34,293 bases of DNA from NCBI GenBank assembly GCA_964357915.1, contig CAYHND010000002.1, positions 1-34,293 of the forward strand, in the 5' to 3' direction. A program made the position numbers and the translations under genes. This DNA is from an uncultured Bdellovibrionales bacterium. Its GTDB lineage: Bacteria > Patescibacteriota > Minisyncoccia > Moranbacterales > UBA1568. This document shows, in pieces, positions 5,269-10,957 of this stretch. Within the stretch, counting starts at the first letter, position 1, and every line of letters begins with the position of its first letter. Below the pieces are notes generated by a model. That model did no database searches and was not told where the DNA came from. It was given only the letters and a program-made list of their open reading frames with translations.

Positions 5269-7725
5269 ATGAAAGAAAAAAAAGGAACCCCTCCAAAAAG
5301 TACCCCTGGCGTGCTGGTGCGTACTTTTCATGAAATCTTGATTGCTGACAAACGTTCTTATGAGCCGTTTGTTAAGGTGTTTCGTGCAGAAGGAGAAAAT
5401 GTAAGTAAGCTTGATCTTGGTACCCTCGTAGGAGTGTTTGAGGTGGATGAAAAAGATGAAGATGCTGCGTACATTGTCAATTTTCTGGCTTCGGTAGCCA
5501 AGAAAGAGTATTTCAATAACCCGCGCCGTGGTCCTATCGAAAGTTTTGAGGCAGCGCTCCACAAGGTCAACGTTGCTCTCGCTGAATTGGTCAAACATGG
5601 CAACGTCTCTTGGCTTGGTAAACTCCACGGTGTGTTGGCTGTTCTCGAAAAGAATAATCTCCACTTCTCGGTCACTGGTGAGGCAGCGCTACTCCTTTTT
5701 CGTCAAGAACAATTCTCTGAAATAAGTGATGGCCTTGCTTCAAACGAGGCAGACGTTCATCCCCTTAAGACATTTGTTGAGGTCTCTAGTGGCCGACTCA
5801 TAGAAGATGATAATCTTATTCTCTCAACACCAGAGCTTCTCGCTCTTTTCCCTTTAGACTATCTCACTAAACAGGCGAGCCGTATGAACGCTCAGGCCTT
5901 TCGTCAGTTTCTGCGTACCGCTCTGGTCAATGAAATAGACATGGCAGCTGTTCTCGCTATTGAACTCAGTACAGCCAAGCAAGAGATTCCATCCACCCCT
6001 CCCAAAGTCAAAAGTGAATCACCGTCAAAAAGTAAGACTGTTGCCAATGCTTTTAGTCAGGCTACCTATGCATCTACCAAAAAGCCTTCCACCGTGCCCG
6101 CTCCAGAGGTGGTGCCTATAGATAGCGATTCTGTCAAAGACAAAGAAGAGTTTATTGATGAAAAAACTGGCCATATCTATGTCCAAGGAGATGAGATTGG
6201 CGATGGGGGCTCACTCAAGCACTCAGTGGTACTCGAAGGTATTCATGAGGTTGGCTACCAGATTGGTGAGTTTTTTTCACGAACTGTCCGTAGACAGGGT
6301 AAAAAGACTGCTCGTCTCGGAGCCTTCCTTCTTTGGGAAGCTCGCGAACAAACTACCCGCCTCTCCCGTAAAGCTGTCCAAAAGATTGGTGCCCTGAAGA
6401 CCAAGCTTGCCGAACAACAAAAAGCCAAAGCGGCTCAAAAAGTCCGTCAACTAGAAAAGGAAGCTCGTCAGGAGAGCAAGCGTCAAGCAGAAGCTGTAAC
6501 GGAGCCCGAGCTACTCCCAGAAGAGACTGTGCCTATCCTTCCAGTAACAGAGGAAGTGCTAGATGAGCCTATCTTCGATGAATCCCCTATTGGAGTAGTC
6601 GAAGAAGTTGTTCCTCATCATATTGAACGCTTCCGTTCACTCTACCAACCAAAAGCCAGCCCCCTTATTACAGAACCAGTCTCTCTAATAAAAAGTCCCA
6701 AACAGAATTCGCTCGTTCAACGGAAGTCATGGCTTAGCTTTTCGAAAAGATGGCTCCGTACGGTACTCTCTACTCTCAATACCCTCTCCCAGGCCATTCT
6801 CAAACAAAAAAAGATTCTCCTTCTTTCTCTTGGTGGGCTTCTCATAGTCAGTGGCTTCGGTTTCTGGTTGCTACAACTCAAAACAAATCCCGTCCACGTT
6901 GACCTACAAACCTCATCACCCGAGACCTCTACTCCAACCCCTGCTAATCTCGAAACCAACACCCTACAGCCCGAATCCACCTTTGCTCTCGACAAAGAAC
7001 TCGTTGCCCTGAGCTTCCTAGAAAATCGAGCATACGGAGCGACTACCAAAAGTATCGTCGCTGTAGACAGCAAGGAAGAGTTCGCTATTCCTGATCTCAA
7101 AGGCGAGATTCGTTTCCTCGCTCCTATGGAAGATCTGCGTTTGCTTTTTATCCTTACCAGTCAAAACGAACTCTTTGCCTGGAGCCCCCTCGCTAAAACA
7201 TTCACCAAAAACGAGTTGGCTCTACCAGCAAACGCTCGCGTAGTAGGTATGGGAACCTACCTCACCTATCTCTATGTCCTTGACCGTGGCAACAACCAAC
7301 TCTATCGTTACCCACGATCAGCGGCTGGTTTTACAGAATCTGCCAGCTGGATGAGGGAATCTCTTGAACTTACTGATGTAACCTATCTTGCTATCAACGA
7401 AACAGTGGCCCTAGCTCCTTCTCGCGAGGATCTTCTCTCTTTTTCACAAGGTAAAAAGACTGGTGCCTTTGACCCTGATGACTCAGCCAGGTCTCTAACA
7501 CTTCGAGCGCTGACAACCGATAGTGACTTTCCTTTTATCTATGCCTTAGATGAAGAAAGCACCCTTTCTATTTGGAACCTTGAACGTAAGCTCCTCCATA
7601 CATATAGCTTGAAAGATGCGCCTAAGGACGCCTCCTATCTTGCTTCAGATCCAGAGAAGAAGGTTCTCATTCTCGGCAATAAAGAGGGCGACATCACTCG
7701 CTATAGCAACATCACAAGTGAATAA
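5269..7725 (+). CDS. Large single-pass membrane protein: cytoplasmic PPM/SpoIIE-like (degenerate) domain, charged linker, TM helix, beta-propeller-like ectodomain
   Basis: 818-aa ORF. By eye, residues about 40-230 show PP2C-fold periodicity (LVGVFEVDEKDEDAAYIVNFL, LHGVLAVLEKNNLHFSVTGEAALLLFR, DDNLILSTPELL). A Pro/Lys/Glu-rich linker with a coiled coil follows, then a TM helix (ILLLSLGGLLIVSGFGFWLL). The C-terminal about 270 aa carry repeated beta-strand motifs (LYVLDRGNNQLYRY, IYALDEESTLSIWN). The function call is inference. Confidence 0.75.
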   Translation: MKEKKGTPPKSTPGVLVRTFHEILIADKRSYEPFVKVFRAEGENVSKLDLGTLVGVFEVDEKDEDAAYIVNFLASVAKKEYFNNPRRGPIESFEAALHKVNVALAELVKHGNVSWLGKLHGVLAVLEKNNLHFSVTGEAALLLFRQEQFSEISDGLASNEADVHPLKTFVEVSSGRLIEDDNLILSTPELLALFPLDYLTKQASRMNAQAFRQFLRTALVNEIDMAAVLAIELSTAKQEIPSTPPKVKSESPSKSKTVANAFSQATYASTKKPSTVPAPEVVPIDSDSVKDKEEFIDEKTGHIYVQGDEIGDGGSLKHSVVLEGIHEVGYQIGEFFSRTVRRQGKKTARLGAFLLWEAREQTTRLSRKAVQKIGALKTKLAEQQKAKAAQKVRQLEKEARQESKRQAEAVTEPELLPEETVPILPVTEEVLDEPIFDESPIGVVEEVVPHHIERFRSLYQPKASPLITEPVSLIKSPKQNSLVQRKSWLSFSKRWLRTVLSTLNTLSQAILKQKKILLLSLGGLLIVSGFGFWLLQLKTNPVHVDLQTSSPETSTPTPANLETNTLQPESTFALDKELVALSFLENRAYGATTKSIVAVDSKEEFAIPDLKGEIRFLAPMEDLRLLFILTSQNELFAWSPLAKTFTKNELALPANARVVGMGTYLTYLYVLDRGNNQLYRYPRSAAGFTESASWMRESLELTDVTYLAINETVALAPSREDLLSFSQGKKTGAFDPDDSARSLTLRALTTDSDFPFIYALDEESTLSIWNLERKLLHTYSLKDAPKDASYLASDPEKKVLILGNKEGDITRYSNITSE

Positions 7726-7728
7726 CCC

Positions 7729-10224
7729 CTATCCCTTGGTACTCAGTCTTTCAAGAATCTCTTGATTAACAAGCTTGGTGTCTCGTCCGTAACGCAGGCG
7801 AGAGAGTTCTTTGAGGGCTACTGCCACCTCACGACTCCCTTGAGTTGGAGGAAATGTTTTCATATTGAACGGCTTGGTGAGCTCATTGTTCATCAGGAGA
7901 CGAGCAAAACAATTGAAGTTATCAACATTGACGATATCAGCTGCTGTAAAGACCGGGGTGAATTGTTTTTCAAGAAACTCAGCGTCTTCTGGCCCAACTC
8001 GAAAAGTAACGAGCGAGCCTACGTTACCAAATACCGCCTTAGAAATATCTTCTTTGAGCTGGCCAATAAACTGATGAGCAAGCATCAAGGTGAGCTTGTA
8101 CTTACGAGCCTCTGAAAGAATCTGGGCAATAGAGCTCGTAGTGACGTTTTGGAATTCATCGAGATACAGACTAAACTCCTGGCGCTCATCCTCAGGAATA
8201 TCCGCTCGTGAAAGCGCTGCCATCAGGAGCTTACCCACTATCACCATACCGAGAAGACGGGCATTGATTTCTCCAATTTTCCCTTTAGAAAGATTGACCA
8301 AGAGAATTTTCTTGGTATCCATGATTTCACGAAAATTAAGAGTGCTTTTCTGTTGACCAATAATTGGTCTAACCAGATCATTGGATGTAAAAGGTGTTAG
8401 TTTGGAAGTGATGTACGGTACCATATTGGCAAGCGCCCCCTCACCTCCAGCTTTTTCAGCTTCATTCTGCCAAAAATCTCGGACTATCGGGTTCTGACAA
8501 TGACGGAGCTTCATGCGGCGGAAATCCTCATCAGCCAACACTTTGGATATTTCCATCAGAGTTGAGCCGCTTTCTGGATGATCCATGATGAGGAGCATGG
8601 CATTACGCATATACTGCTCAAACATCGGCCCGCCCGTCGCTTTCAGGTCATAGAGCTGGTCAAAAATACCAATCATCTCGTTGATAACAAAGGTCTTTTG
8701 TTCAGGATAGGCTGGATCGTATTCCAGCATGTTCATACCCAGAGTGCGCTCGACATCACTCGGGTCAAAAATAATGACATCTTGGGCGCGTTCTTTGGGA
8801 ATGCAGGCCAGAATATCCTCAATGGCATCGCCATGAGGATCCAGAAAACAAAACCCTCGTCCCGCTACGGCATCGCGTTTGGCAATTTCTTGAAGGAAGT
8901 TGGATTTACCCACACCCGTCTGCCCAACTACGTAGAGGTGACGGAGACGGTCTTTGTCACCGATACGAATATCTGTTTTGATACCCCGGTATTCGTTGTA
9001 ACCTAAGAGCGTTCCTTCGGTCGGTACATTAATTGGTGGCGGTGCCGCTCCCGCCTTGAGCCACTTAATCTTTGGTGTTTCTGTAGTGGAAATAGGAAAA
9101 TGGAAAATACCGGCAATCTCCTCTGTATTGAGAAGAAAGGCATGTTCATCATCAAAATTACGAAAGATATAGTGGTACGCTGCATCACGACTTTTGAGAC
9201 GCTTACGTACTCGAAAACGATTGACATCTGGGTTTTCAAATTGACCAAAAGCACTCTCTATCTGGCCCAAAATCTGTTCAGCACGTGTCTGGGTAGCCGC
9301 TGAGGCCAAAAGACGCACATTGACCCGAAAAGCCCCCTTGCTCGTCTTTTCCTCAATGGACTTGATGAGATCTTGATCCTGGGGAGTAAGCTGGACGGGT
9401 GGCTTATCTGCTTGAGGGGTGTTTGAGTTAGTGGGACTTAGACCACCTAAGACTCCCTTACCCACTTCTTTACCGAAAGACTGAAGTTTACGATTAGTGC
9501 CAAGATCACGCAGTTGCTTCCCCTCCTGAAGACTCCGGGCTATGGTGCGCCCCTCATGCCGCCAAGCATCACCAGCTGGTGCCAGCACCACCTGGATAGC
9601 TGCTCCCTCATCCAGGGTAGCCAGTTTACTTAAGGCATTCGAGAGTTCATTTAATGGGTCGACACCGAGTGAATTATAGGTGCGCAGTGGAAGAGCATGG
9701 CTATGAGTCAATTGAAGCTCTGTGATGGCTACGTGCCCTCCTGGAGTAAAGATAGTGTAGTCAGGGATGCGCTCAAGGTGAGCCTGAGGGAAGAAACTGT
9801 GAATTTGCTTCTCGATACTTTCACGAAATACCCTCGGTACTGCTACCAAGAAAAAGATCTCTTCACTGGTGGCTGGATTGGCAATTTCAAGGACAACTGT
9901 AGGTGCGTGGTAGAGAAAACGTTGGAAAAAGTTACCCGGGTGTTTGAGTCCTGTCAATGACACCAGGAGCTGTTCCATAGCGGCAATCTCCTCTTTCCAG
10001 ATATCTCCACGGTCGGTTCCTCCATCAGTACGTTTTTGTGGGCGAGCGACTTTGACCACCTCAAGCTCAAGCTCCAGAGACTTATTAATCTGCTTGCGGA
10101 AACCGTAAAAAGTCTTCACCAAAAGCAACCCCCCTGAGAAAAGAGTGAGAAAGCCTAATGCCCAAGCAAAGGGAATAAGAATAGTGTTAATGGTGATATC
10201 TATCATACCCTCCTGTATGTACAA
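7729..10224 (-). CDS. VirD4/TraD/TraG-like type IV coupling-protein-family ATPase (FtsK-HerA superfamily) with N-terminal TM helix and unassigned N-domain
   Basis: Walker A GQTGVGKS (nt 8902-8925), FLDPHGD, Walker B-like LYLDEFQNV, and ARKYKLTLMLAHQ. N-terminal TM helix ILIPFAWALGFLTLFSGGLLLV. The track start at 10224 is TTG, directly after the upstream stop. The alternative ATG at 10206 has AGGAGG only 2 nt upstream. Confidence 0.85.
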   Translation of the reverse strand: MYIQEGMIDITINTILIPFAWALGFLTLFSGGLLLVKTFYGFRKQINKSLELELEVVKVARPQKRTDGGTDRGDIWKEEIAAMEQLLVSLTGLKHPGNFFQRFLYHAPTVVLEIANPATSEEIFFLVAVPRVFRESIEKQIHSFFPQAHLERIPDYTIFTPGGHVAITELQLTHSHALPLRTYNSLGVDPLNELSNALSKLATLDEGAAIQVVLAPAGDAWRHEGRTIARSLQEGKQLRDLGTNRKLQSFGKEVGKGVLGGLSPTNSNTPQADKPPVQLTPQDQDLIKSIEEKTSKGAFRVNVRLLASAATQTRAEQILGQIESAFGQFENPDVNRFRVRKRLKSRDAAYHYIFRNFDDEHAFLLNTEEIAGIFHFPISTTETPKIKWLKAGAAPPPINVPTEGTLLGYNEYRGIKTDIRIGDKDRLRHLYVVGQTGVGKSNFLQEIAKRDAVAGRGFCFLDPHGDAIEDILACIPKERAQDVIIFDPSDVERTLGMNMLEYDPAYPEQKTFVINEMIGIFDQLYDLKATGGPMFEQYMRNAMLLIMDHPESGSTLMEISKVLADEDFRRMKLRHCQNPIVRDFWQNEAEKAGGEGALANMVPYITSKLTPFTSNDLVRPIIGQQKSTLNFREIMDTKKILLVNLSKGKIGEINARLLGMVIVGKLLMAALSRADIPEDERQEFSLYLDEFQNVTTSSIAQILSEARKYKLTLMLAHQFIGQLKEDISKAVFGNVGSLVTFRVGPEDAEFLEKQFTPVFTAADIVNVDNFNCFARLLMNNELTKPFNMKTFPPTQGSREVAVALKELSRLRYGRDTKLVNQEILERLSTKG

Positions 10225-10614
10225 TTATGCGATTTGCCCCTCAAGTTTCTCATGCAAGCGTTCAATGAGGGTGTCACGAAACATATCGAGAGCATAGAGG
10301 TCTTCGAGTTGGCGAGCCACACTGACCGCGTGAATCACTCCCTTAGTATCAGCCAAAGAGAGCAGTCTCGTGATACGCTCTTCCTCATCAACCAAAGAGA
10401 GGCTCGTGGCGTCATCTTTGACCTGATCATCCGTAGTGGTCTGCAAACTGGCTGTATGAGTATCAATTTTCTTCAGCAACTCCCCCATGCGCTCACTCTT
10501 TTGTTCTGGCGCTCGCTCTACAACCTGCTCCTTATTCATGAGACTCGTCGCTTCAGGCATCCCAGTAATACCTTCGATAGGTGATCCTCCGGTTATTTCA
10601 ATGCGCTCATCCAT
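10225..10614 (-). CDS. Small acidic cytoplasmic protein (129 aa), unknown function
   Basis: The ORF fills the gap between neighbours exactly. Asp/Glu-rich, no TM helix. C-terminal helical motif KGVIHAVSVARQLEDLYALDMFRDTLIERL. No family recognised. Confidence 0.7.
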   Translation of the reverse strand: MDERIEITGGSPIEGITGMPEATSLMNKEQVVERAPEQKSERMGELLKKIDTHTASLQTTTDDQVKDDATSLSLVDEEERITRLLSLADTKGVIHAVSVARQLEDLYALDMFRDTLIERLHEKLEGQIA

Positions 10615-10639
10615 ACTTTTTCGTGTTATGTACTTATAC

Positions 10640-10957
10640 TTAGACAGATGCTACTTCACTATATTTATCCATATCAGATTTGAAATCCGTTACTACTCCA
10701 CGAATAAAAACTGGGTAGTTAGGGATTTTTTCGGCCAGAAATGCCTCTACGGTATCAACATCGGCATTACTCTCTATGAGTTTCTGATAGTCTTTGGCTC
10801 CCTGAGCCCCCAACTTATCAATAGTCGCCAAGAAGAGTCTCTTGAGGAACACCTCGCCTATCTTTGCTAGCAAGTCATCTTGTTTTTCTGGCGATACATC
10901 TTCTAGACCAAAAATCTCTATGATTTCTTGGCGATACTGTTCGAGTACTTGGTTCAT
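10640..10957 (-). CDS. Small helical protein, DUF5663-like (tentative)
   Basis: 105 aa. The pattern IFGLEDVSPEKQDDLLAKIGEVFLKRLFL...DYQKLIESN...VEAFLAEKIPNY resembles my recollection of DUF5663 proteins common in Parcubacteria. The ATG overlaps the upstream TGA (ATGA at 10954-10957). Confidence 0.7.
   Translation of the reverse strand: MNQVLEQYRQEIIEIFGLEDVSPEKQDDLLAKIGEVFLKRLFLATIDKLGAQGAKDYQKLIESNADVDTVEAFLAEKIPNYPVFIRGVVTDFKSDMDKYSEVASV

Noticed and set aside
5257-5664. Long antisense or overlapping ORFs from the six-frame track. Examples are 342..620, 865..1082, 1655..1945, 5257..5675, 8578..9006, 11899..12348, 13157..13480, 15004..15393, 17174..17614, 23148..23468, 27572..27952 and 30893..31306.
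   Set aside because: Each lies fully inside, and antisense or out of frame to, a longer ORF with clear family motifs or membrane-protein character. Their translations are low-complexity or Ser/Leu/Arg-rich shadows with no SD or promoter. They are typical shadow ORFs.
7729-10224. Reading the VirD4/TraD-like ATPase as part of an integrated conjugative or mobile element.
   Set aside because: The window has no integrase, relaxase, VirB4/VirB6, transposase, tRNA target or flanking direct repeats. Neighbours are housekeeping or envelope genes in tight operons. This cannot be excluded beyond the window, so it is kept as the refutation test of finding 1.
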